Assembly (NCBI RefSeq): GCF_963921235.1
Contig: NC_086097.1
Location: 69,938,001-70,002,000, forward strand
From: Mobula hypostoma
Lineage: Eukaryota
Direction of reading: 5' to 3'
Length of the DNA stretch: 64,000 nt
Shown here: one piece after another, positions 1 through 12,800 of the stretch
Layout: each line of letters begins with the position of its first letter
Numbering within the stretch: the first letter of the stretch is position 1
Notes under the pieces: generated by a model
What the model was told of the DNA's origin: nothing
The model's input: only the letters and a program-made list of their open reading frames with translations
The model's database searches: none
Translations under genes and position numbers: made by a program

Positions 1-1899
1 ACAGAACTGACCGCAGTCTCCTTTCTAACAACACTGGCCAGAATGTTGACGATGTGGCATTTGAGTGTTCAGACTGCGGCAACTGAGAGAGAGACGACTC
101 AAATCTCCAGTGATTAATAGTGCACAAAGAAACCGTTTTATTTTTGAACTGTGCTGTCACTCCTCTCACCCAGAATACCGGAGGCCACTCCTTTGTTGGT
201 CCCGTAATGTTCAGTCATGCTCTCTGCATCTTTCTCCAACTATCTTTTCTAGTTATCTCCAGTTCTCAGTATATCTACTTCTGTTGGCAAACAGGTTACG
301 AGTGAGGAGAGTAATCTCCTCCATAACCTCTTTTGCAGGGTCTAAGTCATGAAAGAAATCCATATGAATGGGAGAGAGAGAGAGAAAGACAAGGGTCAGC
401 ACATGAGAAGAAATATGTCTTGTTGCACATTGATTTCATGTTTAATGGTGGTGAAATATTAAACCAGGTATTCAAGATTTCTTTGGCATTGGTTCCAGCC
501 TCACCATTGCTGAAACTCCCACCTTCTATTCACCAGTAATGAGCATTTCTTCACTCCCACCTGTGTCAGAATCTGGATGGAGACTGTTCCTCAGTTCAGC
601 GACCCAAACATTCATCCTCCCCTCATTATTCTGGCCTTGGCTCATGAGGCAACATCTCCTATGCAGCAATTACAATTTGTAGGAAGTGTTGCATGATAAC
701 TCCATGTGGTGAGCACGAAGCTGTATGTCACGGCTGTACTGTACAAAATAACAAATGTGAAATTGGAGGGGTGAAAAACCATCTTGTTGTGAGCCGATGT
801 CTGGTTGAATGAGTAAGGAGAAGGTACTGTTTGATGTCACAATGATCTGACATGATTGAGAATTAAGGTGAGGAGAACTTGGGTGTTGTGGGGAGAAGGT
901 ATAGTACAGAAAAATACAGACAGAGGAAAACTACTTTGTTGTCTTAGTCAGGCTGTTGACCTCCTGACCAAGCTTGCTACTGGTCTCAAGTTAGCACTGT
1001 GTCTACTATCATCTCCATAACTGTGCTATTAAACATAGCCTTTGACATGATGGTACAAGTTACACCAATTCAAAATAACATTTCCAAGTGGATGAAATTG
1101 GAACACTAAAATGCTCTTCGTCCTTTAAATTTGTACTAGGTAATCCCACAGCTCAATTACTTGGCCTACCTGTGACTGAAAACTGGTATTTAAAGTAATT
1201 GAGTAGAATCAGAACACAACCAACTAATTTTTGGTGACATAATCACACGGCTGGCTAACATGTTGCTTTCTACTGTGTCTGAAAATTATCCATTTACAAT
1301 AAGTACAATTTAACAAATTGAAATTTATTTAGTGGATTTTGTTTAACATTTAATTTGGTTATGCTTAGTAGTAGGGATTCAAACAAAGGAATTGTGAATT
1401 ACATTTCCTGTTTCATTTCTGGAGGATTTGTATGTTTCTTTTCTAAACATACATATAAATCCAGAGCTTAGAGGACAAACGCAGCATTTTTAAAGTTACT
1501 ATTAAACGTATTCAAAGTGAACTCAATTCACTTCAGTAGTATTACTGACTATTGCTAGAAAGAAGAACACAAGCATAAATACTTTGTTAAGGCATTTACT
1601 TTTAAAATTGTGCAATGTAGTCAGTGACATCCTTATATAAAACATGCAGAAAACTTGAGTTAGATGATAAGCAGATTTCTCATCCAAATGAGAGAAATGT
1701 AAATGGCATAAAATGAAAAAAAGAAATACAATTGAACTTCTAATGAATTTTAATTTACAAAATCCCCTTCAGAGTGAGTAATATTGCACAGTAAGCACAA
1801 ATAGATCTCACCATGTATTTTGAAAATGAGACTTTTTTCTTACAATGTTTTAGAGTTGTCCTTTCATATCCATATTCACTTTTTTGTCCATTTGTGCTA

Positions 1900-2300
1900 A
1901 TCCCATTTGACCACATTAGGACTGTATCCTTTTGTGCTTCGCCCTCTATTTATAAGTGTCTGCCTTAATGCTTCTTAAATTAGTAATTGTATTCAATTTC
2001 ATGATTTCCTCTCGCAATGCATCTCAGATTTCAACCCCTACGTTAAAAAGCTTATTCCTCATATCCCCTTTAGAAATTCTTCCACTCATCTTAAATCTAT
2101 GCCCTCTCATTTTTGATGCTGTCCCATGGGGAAAAATTCTGTGCTTCTCATAGTCTTATATACCTCTTTCTCTCTGGGAGAAAACAACTGAGCCTATCCA
2201 ATCTCCCACAATAACCAAGATCCTCCAATCTAGGCAAAATCCTGGTGAATAATCTTTGCTCTCATATCCTATAATGAGAAAACCAGAATTGTACATGGCA
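1900..2300 (-). mobile_element. Decayed CR1 LINE 3' fragment
   Basis: Resembles the reverse complement of the CR1 ORF2 C-terminus and 3' UTR of intact copies in this window (compare 51480-52000). Boundaries approximate. Confidence 0.6.
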
Positions 2301-2519
2301 ATTAATTGAAAAGACTGCCCTGTAGATCTTGTCCATGCACTAGAGTGCTAACATAATTTTTACTATTGAGTATTTTCAATATTTAAAATTATAATCAATG
2401 ACATTGGAACACCTGGGATTTCAATCAATTCATTCGTTAAAAAAAAAGCAGTTCTGCAAAGGTAGACTTCAAACGATAGATCTGATGCAGATGAGCATTT
2501 CTGAATAGAAGAGATTTTT

Positions 2520-2897
2520 CAAATAAAAATTTAAATTATTCCCATTTCTTACAGTTATTGATGTGACCTGTCACATCAGGTAAGCACTTTGGACTACACT
2601 TGCAGAAGTTAACATAGAAAGCTTTACTCATACTGCTGTTAATTTTAAGTGGCTTTCCCTCTATTTATTTTGTTTTTTTATTATTTACTTACAAAACAAA
2701 GCTATGGTCAAATAAAAATTTAAATTATTCCCATTTCTTACAGTTATTGATGTGACCTGTCACATCAGGTAAGCACTTTGGACTACATTTGCAGAAGTTA
2801 ACATAGAAAGCTTTACTCATACTGCTGTTAATTTTAAGTGGCTTTCCCTCTATTTATTTTGCTTTTTTATTATTTACTTACAAAACAAAGCTATGGT
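2520..2897. repeat. Direct tandem duplication, 2 x 189 bp
   Basis: 2520-2708 and 2709-2897 are identical apart from about 2 substitutions seen by eye. Confidence 0.95.
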
Positions 2898-3317
2898 TTA
2901 GCTTCTTTGCTCTGGTGAATTGGGCTGAATGGCCTCCTCTGTGCTCTAGGAAACTATCATACTTCTAACCCAGTCAATTCTGCTTCCTGAAATAACATAG
3001 GAAAAGTTGGAAGCGAACAGGCCAGTCAGAAATTTTAAGATGTTTTAACTGGGTATCTTTCATCTGTTTTTGTTTTTGTTCATAAATTGTTGATGCTAAA
3101 ACTGCAACATTGCTAGCTTTGTTGCTATTGAAAAAAAATCTGACATGTCAGTGAAATATAATGTAAGCATTGTGGAATAAAACAGAAAAAGTTGGAATTA
3201 CTCTTATCTCTCAGTCAACATCTATGGAAAGAAAAATAACTGCATCACTTGCTGAGTATTTCCAGCATTTTAATTTATTTTTAGATACATATACAATGCC
3301 TGGCTTTTCAAGTCACT

Positions 3318-3430
3318 CCATCCAGCAACCCACCAATTTAACCCTAGCCTAATCACGGGAGAATTTACAATGACCTACTAACCTGTACGTCTTTGGACTG
3401 TACCCATGCACACATGGAAAGAACATACAA
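3318..3430 (-). mobile_element. Partial V-SINE (HE1-like)
   Basis: caatttaaccctagcctaatcacgggagaatttacaatgacc...gtctttggactgt matches the fuller SINE at 20808-21092. Confidence 0.6.
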
Positions 3431-3744
3431 CTATTTTAATTCATATTTCGAGCATTTGTAGTGTTTGGCTACGTAACAATAACAATGAATATACGCTTTT
3501 TGCCATTCCTTTATCTATTTTCTCTTTCTCCTTGTGCAACCTTTAATAATTTGAACATAATCAATTTTCTCAAGTGGCTAACTAACTTGCAGGCTGTCCT
3601 CCACAATTCCTTTTAAAATGTTGCATGCGTACTAAGTGGCAGCTTCAGGGAGTAGAAACTGTGTGGAATTCTCTTCTCTAAATTAGTAAATTGAAGCTGC
3701 AACAAAAAGTACGGAATTAGAACTAGATTTAAGATCAGCAGCAT

Positions 3745-4164
3745 ATGTCATGAGATTATCAACTTTGTGGCAGCAGTACAATGCAATACATGATAATATA
3801 GAAAAATAAATCAATTACAGCAAGTATATATATGTATATTAAATAATTAAATTAAAAATAGGGCAGAAACAGAAATAATATTTTAAAAAATAGGTGAGGT
3901 AGTGTTCATGGGTTCAATGTCCATTCAGGAATTGGATGGCAGAGGGGAAGAAGCTGTTCCTTAATCACTGAGCATGTGCCTTCAGGCTTCTGTACCTCCT
4001 TCCTGACAGTAACAGTGAGAAGCAGGCACATCCTGGGTGATGGGGGTGCTTAATAATGGACATCGCCTTTTTCAGGCCCTGCTCCTTGAAGATATCTTGG
4101 ATGCTATGAAGGCTCATACACAAGATGGAGCTGGCTAATTTTACAACTGTCTGTAGTTTGTTCT
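3745..4164 (-). mobile_element. Rex1/Babar-type LINE 3' fragment
   Basis: ORF 3965-4189 contains IIKHPHHPGCACFSLLLSGRRYRSLKAH, the C-terminal motif also seen in the Rex1 copies at 38920-39321 and 45413-45733. Confidence 0.75.
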
Positions 4165-5689
4165 GAAGTTTGTGAACCCTTTTCTGCATTAATTACTCAT
4201 AAAGTGTGGTCTAATCTTCATCTAAGTCGCAATAATAGACAAACACAATCTACCTAAACTAATAACAATTGTACTTATTCTCATCAATAATGAGTACACC
4301 ATTTAAACAATCACAGTCTAGGTTCAAAAGTGTATGTGAACCTTCTACAAAAGCTATTTGGAGTCAGGTGTTCTAATCAATGAGATGAGGTGGAGGTGTG
4401 AGTTGTAGAGGTGCCCTGCCCTATATGAAAGACACACACAGTCAGGTTTACTGACAAAGCCTGCTCTTCTCAAGAAAGATCTGTTTATGTCACCATATCT
4501 TGATCAAAACAACTTTCAGAGGACCTTAAAAGAAAAATTGCAGCTGGAAAAAGCAATAAAAGCATTTCTAAAGAACTGAGTGTTCATCAGTCCACAGTGA
4601 GAGAAATTGCCTACAGATGGAGGAAACTCAGTACTGTTGCTACTCTGATAGGAGTGGGTGTCCTGCAAAGATCACGCCAAGAGTACAATGTGCAATGCTG
4701 AAGGACATGAAAGAGAACCTAAGGGTAACAGCAAAAGATTTGTGATATCTCTAGAACTTGCTGACGTCTCTGTTCATGTGACCACTATAAGAAAACAACT
4801 GAACAAGAATGGTGTTCATGGTAGGACACCATGGAGAAAACCACTGCTCTTCAAAAAAAAAATACTGCATGGCTCAAGTTTGCAAAAGACTACCTAAATG
4901 TTCCACACTGTTTCTCAGACAATATTCTGTGGACAGATGAGACAAACATTGGACTTTTTGGCAGAAATGCACCTTACTATGGGGGGAAAAGGGCGCTGCA
5001 CACCAACACCAAATCCTCATCCCAACTGTCAAGCATGTTGGAAGGAGCATCATGGTTTGGGGCTGCTCTAATACCTCAGGGCCTGGACAGCTTGCAATTG
5101 TTGAGGGAACAATGAATTCATGGAGAATGTCAGAATAGTGGTCCATCACCTGAAGCTTAATAGAAGTTGGGTGATGCAACAGGACAATGATCTGAAACAC
5201 AAGAGTAAATCAATAACAGAATGATTTAAAAAGAAAAAAAAGTTGTGTTTTGGAATGACTAAGTCAGAGTCCAGACCTTAACCCAATTGAAATGCTGTGG
5301 CGTGACCTGAAGAGGGCTGTTCTTGTAAGGTATCCCAGAAATATTGATGAACTGAAACAGTTTTGTATGAAGCAATGGTCTAAAATTCCTCCTCATTGTC
5401 GTGCAAGTCTGGTCAGCAGCTACAGGAAGTGTTTGGTGGAGGTTATTGCTACTAAAGGAGGTTCTACCAATTATTAAATACAAGGGTTCACATACTTTTT
5501 CCAGTCTGGACTGTGAATGATTAAACAATGTGTTCAATAAAGACATGAAAAGTACAAATGTTTGTGTGTTATTAGTATTGTATTTGTCTATTATTGTGAC
5601 TTAAATGAAGATCAGACCACACTTTATGAGTAATTAATGCTGAAAACCAGGTAATTGCAAAGGGTTTGCAAACTTTTTTCTAGTAACTG
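4165..5689 (+). mobile_element. Tc1-family DNA transposon (long IR/DR TIRs), inactivated transposase
   Basis: About 180-200 bp inverted repeats (4165-4343 vs about 5482-5689, ending ...ACTG then TA at 5690). Frameshifted transposase has WTDET, QQDNDLKH and SQSPDLNPIEMLW (DD34E motifs) and GRTPWRKPLL. The outer tip of the left TIR is missing. Confidence 0.92.
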
Positions 5690-6794
5690 TACATACCCTG
5701 TCATAACTGAAAATCTAGAAAACTGGAAAAGATAGAAATTAGAAATAAAAATGAAAATTTTAGAAGCTTAGGAAGTCAGGCAGCATCTGTGGAGAGATAA
5801 ACAGTTAATGCTTCAGGTGTAACATAACTCTGTTTTCCCCCACAGATGCTATCTAATTTGCAGTCTCGAATGAGTTCAGCTAACTCAACATTCACTAGCT
5901 CGATAGAATCATCGAACACCAGGTATAGCACTCCACTGTTAACAGAAGATAGTTGTTTCATCCAGTAAATAAAATTAGAATCAACAGCAGCATCAGAACT
6001 TGAAATAATAATTGCCATTTTCCATTTTTGCTGCCTGTTAATCTTTAAAAAGCGCATAGATATTACTGCAAGAATACGATTATTTCAATGACTGCGTCAG
6101 GTACCAGGGGAAGTGAAAGAGGGAATTTGTTTCCAGCACTGATGGCTTACTGTGGTTCAAGTAAATTCAGCATTGTATGTTATCTGCATCTGAGGTTATA
6201 CCTGAGCAAAGTTATGAGAAGAGTTATGTTTTATTTATTCTTTGGACTTGAGAGGTTTAAGGTCAGCTGATAAAATCCAAACATCTGCAAGGCAGCAAGG
6301 ATTGTGTATTTTATTATCCTATCTGAAATGCAGCACTCTCTTTCCTTACAGTGATCCATTCATTGACCTTTCTAGGAATTGGCAAATCTCCCCTGATGCA
6401 AGTATTGAATGTGAATGCCATTCAAATGTGGGGCACAAACATATTGCTGGTCGATTAAGTTCCTACAGAAATCAAAAGGCAGTGTATTTTGAAAGGAGTA
6501 AAAATCTTACATTTTGTATTAATTCACTCTTTAATTTGATAGCTGTTGCTGTAAATGTACATTCAAAATGGCCGATTGTCCAGTGGTTTCAAATCAACCA
6601 AGATATGGAAATCAGAACAGCAAAATGTAAATCCTGCTTTGCAATAATCAAACAATACGCTCATTCTCTTCCCTTTCTCAGTTTCTATTATATCCAAACG
6701 ATGCTGAGATGTGAATCAGGATGTCAAATGCAAATCTGTGTCGCTGCAGTGTTGGGAAATGTGTTGTCGTATAACTTATTAGTTAATTCCTCCA

Positions 6795-7055
6795 TACTTG
6801 ATTGGTATAGGGGTTAAGGGTTACAGAGATAAGGTAGGAGAATTGGGTTGAGAGAAAAAAATCAGCCATGATAGAATAGTAACACACATACAATGCTGAA
6901 GGAACTCAGCAGTTGACACAGCATAAGTGGAGAGGAATAAAATGTTTCAGGCTGAGCCCATTCATCAGAACTGAATATTCAATCAGCCACGATTGAATGA
7001 CAGAGCAGACTCTATGTGTCAAATGGTTCAACTCCGCTTGTGTAGCTTATGGTCA
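6795..7055 (+). mobile_element. CR1 3' tail interrupted by a Penelope-pLTR-derived short element (6878-6980)
   Basis: The CR1 3' UTR motif atcagcca(t/c)gat(a/t)gaat occurs on both sides of the insert (6861-6877, 6982-6998) like a TSD. The insert resembles the pLTR at 36119-36220. Confidence 0.65.
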
Positions 7056-7259
7056 TCCCAAGTAAGAGCAAGTTAAATGTCCTTCAATTTCAAATAATCT
7101 TTTCATCTGATTTACAAAATAACTTCTTAGTGCAATCATTCTCAGTTCACCATGGGCAGAAAATCTGCAACAACAAATGACTTGTTTGCTTAAACTTGTC
7201 CATATTTTGAGAAATAGACAAAAATTACTGCACTAGAATAATGTTACAAATAAATTAAG

Positions 7260-7895
7260 TCATAGAGTACACAGAAACAGGCCTTTAGCCCAACTAGTCC
7301 ATTCCGAACCAAAATTCTGCTTAGTCCCATCAACTGGAATTTGGACAATGGCCCTCCATCCCCCTCTCATCCATGTACTTATACAAACTTCTCTTAAATG
7401 TTGAAATTGAATCTCTACCTGCCACGTTTGTTGACAGTTCGTTCTACACTCTTACCACTCTTGATACCTCCTAATGTTCCTCTCAATCATTTCATATTTT
7501 ACTCTTAAACCATGAGGTCTGGTTCTAGTCTCACCCAACCTCAGTGGAAAAAGCCTGCTTGCATTTACCTAATCTTTTCTGCTCATAATTTTGTATACCT
7601 CTATCAAATCCCTCTCAACCTTCTATGTTCTAAGGAATACAGTTCTAACCTATTCAACCTCTCACTCTTACTTGGGTCCTCAAGTCCCAGCAATATCCTT
7701 GTAAGTTTTCTCTCTACTCTTTCAAACTGCACACAAAGCTCCAAATTCGGCCTCACCAGCATCTTATACAGCTTTAACAGAACATCCCAACTCATGTACT
7801 CAATGCTTTGATTTATGAAGGCCAACATGCCAAAAGCTCTCTTTATGACCCTATCTACCTGTGATGCCACTTTCAAGGGATTATGGATCTGTATC
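7260..7895 (-). mobile_element. CR1 LINE 3' fragment
   Basis: ORF 7604-7951 has AFGMLAFINQSIEY...LYKMLVRPNLELCVQF, the CR1 ORF2 C-terminal region; CR1 3' tail at about 7260. Confidence 0.9.
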
Positions 7896-9401
7896 TGATT
7901 ATAATTAAGATTATTGTTTTTGGGCTGTGAGCTGGTATCTGTTCCAACCACTATTGTTCATATTTGTTTTGGTTGAAATGTTGTGTTATATTTTGAACAT
8001 TCCTATTTGATGATTTAAAACCAAAACAATTCCAATTTGTTGGATTGTAGACTTATTTGGCCTTCTGAATCTTGACTGCTTGCACTGTAATAACATAAAT
8101 GGGCAACTCCTTTAATTAGTGGAGGCAATATGAGATGATATCCATTCTTGCAATCAACTGAACAATGGTAACTGGAATCAGTGGTAAATTATTTGATTGA
8201 GGCGCTCAAAATTCTCAAATAGAAGAATGTGAAAGGCAGATAAATACAGGCGTGTAGGTCATTGAAACTGGAATATAAAGGTTAGATTGAGTATGTTATT
8301 TGCAGACTGCTGAGAATAAGGAAAACTACTCACTGGATATGAATTTTTCAGCTCATATGCTATCATTTTGACATACTGTAAATGGACAATCCATGAAAAA
8401 AATTATTCCAGATGCCATATTGCCTTTTCTCAACTCCTAAAATTCATTCATCTATTCTCCTCCATGTTAGGTAAGGAGACAAAACAAATATTTGGATTTT
8501 ATCTCCAGACTCTGATAAATAGAGTCAGAATATATATCACCCTGTTTTAAAATTATTTTTAACAGATTATTCCAAAGAGCTTAAAAGGGTGAAGATTCCT
8601 ATTGTATCAAGGTCTAACTTCACATCGAATGTTCTGCAGGACACAAGATTTTTGTTATACTGAGGAATAGTTGTGATAACATCATTAATAAAAATACTGC
8701 AGTATTAGTTAACAATTTTGTTTTTAACTCTGTGGAACTAAAGTGAATATTTAATAAAATACTCACTCTCATTATTCCCTACATGCTATATATTAATTGC
8801 ATAATGTCAATTAATTCCCCCCACCCCATTAATCAGCCTGCACTGTATTTTGTTGGCTTTTCTCTAAAGCAGAGCTTAAAGTCATTACTGGCATTACTTT
8901 GTTGTCCTCTTGATTTAAACATTCACTTTGAGAGAAGAGGAACCAGTTTAGAGATTTATTTTTCATTATTAAAAACAAATTTGACAGCCATATTGTCAAT
9001 CAATTAGAAAGTCAGATCAAGGAAGTGGCCATTTCTACCATCAACAGAACACAGCTGAAAGGTTTCATGGACTGTAATTAGTTTAAAAAAAAACAAGCAT
9101 ATAAGATTTAAAATTTTAAAAGCAGAACATGCAGAAGTAAGAGTTTAGAGAGAACAACTGGGAGAGCAGAGATTTTGCAACAGTTAATTTCAAACCTATT
9201 GTAAGGTGTTACCATGCATGAGCCATATGATTTCGTTTCAGAAACTAAAAAATTAAAATCTTAACAAACCATTGTTAATTCATGGATCACTGGTGTTTCT
9301 TTATGTGCTATCTAATTAGCACATTTTAAATGAAGTAAAATATTTTTGCCTAATTGACACTGGATCTATAGAGCATTTGTAATCAAGATATATATTCAGT
9401 A

Positions 9402-9802
9402 CAGGTCCTCCCCACATTACAAATACCTGACTTATGGACAGCCCATGTATATGAATGAGCATTCGGGAAACCAGTTGGATGGATAGGGATGGACTTCCCA
9501 GCTGCTGCAGGTCTACAAGTATCTCTGGCCAGGTGGGAATGCAGAATTTCCATGCCCTCTCCCCAATGCCTGCACCCCACCCTCCTAACCCCCATCCTAT
9601 TCTCTGATCCAAGATGAAAGCACTGATGAGTCTAGCTTACTCGCTGATTCTGTAAGGCCAACTGACAGCCATTATTTCTACACCTGATCAATCTCCCATC
9701 ATAGCCGTTTCTGTGGTCCTCTCCCCTACAATGTTGTTCAGTTACAACCTGTGAATTGTTTGTTGCTAACACTTATCAGGAATGGAGCCCTGTTGTAACC
9801 TA
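9402..9802. mobile_element. Probable Tc1/mariner-pogo MITE whose right TIR is split by the CR1 insertion
   Basis: Left end TA|CAGGTCCTCCCCACATTACAA. Joining 9793-9805 with 14001-14010 gives ttgtaacctaggaactatgggTA, a degenerate complementary end. Confidence 0.45.
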
Positions 9803-12800
9803 GGACTGTGAGGCAGCGGGAGTGCTTAAAAGAGAGAAGATTGTGAAGGTCGGTCATTTCTTTGGCAGTTGAATGGGGCACAACTGCGCAAGTGCGTGTA
9901 AGTCGGACTGTGAGGCAGCGGGAGTGTTTAAAAGAGAGAAAATTAGTGTAGTGGGAGACAGAGTAGGAAGGCTTTGGCTCCTGAGGCTTTGGCGAGCAGA
10001 GGCTGAGGAAGAGCTTCACTCCAAGTGAGGTAATGCTGGGTAATTTCCTTTAATAAATCTAATTACCTTAAGAGCAGGTAATGGAGGCGCAGTTAGGGCA
10101 GTTGAGTGCTCCGTTTGCAGTATGTGGGATGTCAGGGCGAGCACAATCATCCCTGATGACTACACCAGTAAAAGGCGTATCCAGCTGCAGCTCCTGACAA
10201 ACCGAGTTAAGGAACTGGAGCTGGATGAACTTCGGATTATTCGGGAGGCAGAGGCAGGAATAAACAGGAGTTACAGGGAGATAGTCACCCCTAAGAGTCA
10301 GGAGACAGGTAGCTGGGTGACTGTCAGGAGAGGGAAAGGGAACAGACAGAATGAGTAGAGCACCCCTGTGGCCATTCCCACCAATAATAAGTATATCGTT
10401 TTGGATACTGTTGATGGGAATGACCTACCAGGGACAAGTTGCAGTGGTTACGTCTCTGGCACCAAGACGGGACCCTCAGCTCAGAAGGGAAGGAGGGAAA
10501 AGAGGAGAGCAGTAGTGATAGGGGATTCAATAGTTAGGGGGACAGATAAGAGGTTCTGTGGAAGAGATCGAGAATCTTGGATGGTCTGTTGTCTCCCTGG
10601 TGCCAAGGTCCGTGCAATCTTGGATCGAGTTCTCAGTATTCTCAAGAGGGAAGGTGAGCAGCCGGATGTCGTGGTCCATGTAGGGACCAATGACGTGGCT
10701 AGGAAGAGTGAGGAGGTCCTGAAAGGTGAGTTTAGGGAGTTAGGCGCCAAGTTAAAGGACAGGACCTCCAGGATAGCAATCTCAGGATTGCTACCAGTGC
10801 CACGTGCAGGCGGGTTTAGAAATAGTAAGATAGCACAGATCAACACATGGCTGAAGACATGGTGCAGGAGGGAGGGCTTCAGATTTACAGATAATTCGGC
10901 AGTTTTCCAGGGAAGGTGGGACCTGTTCCGGCAGGACGGTTTACATCTGAACTGGAGGGGGACAAATATTCTTGCAGGGAGGTTTGCTAGAGAGGCTCCA
11001 GTGGATTTAAACTAGATACAAGGGGGGAAGGGAACCAGAGTGTAGGAACAAATGTAGGGGAGAAGGAAGAAAAAGAAAATAGTAAAGTTGTTTGCACCGT
11101 TAGTGATAAACAGAGTAAGAGGTGGAAAATTTTCTTAAATGCATTTATTTTAATGATAGGAACATTATAAGAAAGGTGGATGAGCTTAAAGCATGGATTG
11201 ATACCTGAAAGTATAATGTGGTAGCTATTAGTGAAACATGGTTACAGGAGGGGTGTGATTGGCAACTAAATATTCGTGGATTTCATTGCTTCAGGTGTGA
11301 TAGAATCAGAGGGACAAGAGTGGGAGGTGTTGCATTGCTTGACAGAGAAAATATTACAGCGGTGCTCTGGCAGGATAGATTAGAGGGCTCGTCTAGGGAG
11401 GCTATTTGGGTGGAATTGTGGAATGGGAAAAGTGTAGTAACACTTATAGGGGTGTATTATAGACCACCAAATGGGGAGCAAGAATTGGAGGAGCAAATTT
11501 GTAAGGAGATAGCAGATATTTGTAGTAAGTACAAGGTTGTGATAGTGGGAGATTTTAATGTTCCACACATAGACTGGGAATCCCATACTGTAAAAGAGCT
11601 GGATGGTTTGGAGTTTGTAAAATGTGTGCAGGATAGTTTTTGCAGCGATACATAGAGGTACCAAATAGAAAAGGGGCAGTTTTGGATCTCCTGTCAGGGA
11701 ATGAGATAGGTCAGGTGACAGAGGTATGTGTTGGGGAGCTCTTCAGGTTCAGTGATCACAATGCCATTAGTTTCAATATAATTATGGAGAAGGATAGGTC
11801 TGGACCCAGGGTTGAGATTTTTGATTGGAGAAAGGCTAACTTTAAGGAGATGCAAAAGGATTTAGAAGGAGTGGATTGGGACAATTTGTTTTATGGGAGG
11901 ATGTAATAGAGAAATGGAGGTCATTTAAAGGTGAAATTTTGGGGGTACAGAATCTTTATGTTCCTGTTAGGTTGAAAGGAAAGATTAAAAGTTTGAGAGA
12001 GCCATGGTTTCCAAGGGATATTGGAAACTTGGTTCGGAAAAAGAGAGATATCTACAATAAATATAGGCAGCATGGAGTAAATGAGGTGCTCGAGGAATAT
12101 AAAGAATGTAAAAAGAATCTTAAGAAAGAAATTAGAAAAGCTAGAAGATATGAGGTTGCTTTGGCAAGTAAGGTGAAAATAAATCCAAAGGGTTTCTACA
12201 GTTATATTAATAGCAAAAGGATAGTGAGGGATAAAATTTGTCCCTTAGAGAATCAGAGTGGACAGCTATGTGTGGAGCCAAAAGAGATGGGGGAGATTCT
12301 GAACAATTTCTTTTCTTCAGTGTTCACTAAGGAGAAAGATATTGAATTGTGTAAGGTAAGGGAAACAGGTAGGGAAGATATGGAAACTATGATGATTAAA
12401 GAAGAGGGAGTACTGGCGCTTTTAAGGAATATAAAAGTGGATAAGTCTCCGGGTCCTGACATGATATTCCCTAGGACCTTGAGGGAAGTTATAGCAGGGG
12501 CTCTGACAGAAATATTTCATTAGAAACGGGGATGATGCCGGAGGATTGGCATATTGCTCATGTTGTTCCATTGTTTAAAAAGGGTTCTAAGAGTAAACCT
12601 AGCAATTATCGGCCTGTGAGTTTGATGTCAGTGGTGGGTAAATTGATGGAAAGTATTCTTAGAGATGGTATATATAATTATCTGGATAGACACGGTCTGA
12701 TTAGGAACAGTCAACATGGATTTGTGCGTGGAAGGTCATGTTTGACAAATCTTACTGAATTTTTTGAAGAGGTTACTAGGAAAGCTGACGAGGGTAAAGT

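Noticed and set aside
1..700. Short ORFs (65-352, 120-305, 333-539) and the minus strand as possible further coch exons
   Set aside because: No LCCL second half (GVI...NGIQS...W..SF) or vWA motifs in the frames I could read; no convincing splice-site pair.
5776..6817. ORFs 5776-6057 (-) and 6242-6817 (+, 191 aa), and an AG-flanked NGIH-containing frame near 6370-6472
   Set aside because: No recognisable domain; the NGIH frame hits a stop and does not align with cochlin. Treated as chance ORFs.
10368..11015. SGNH/GDSL esterase ORFs (also 21720-22231, 54639-55436) as host or horizontally acquired enzymes
   Set aside because: The esterase domain is a known part of CR1-clade ORF1; each copy sits directly upstream of APE-RT.
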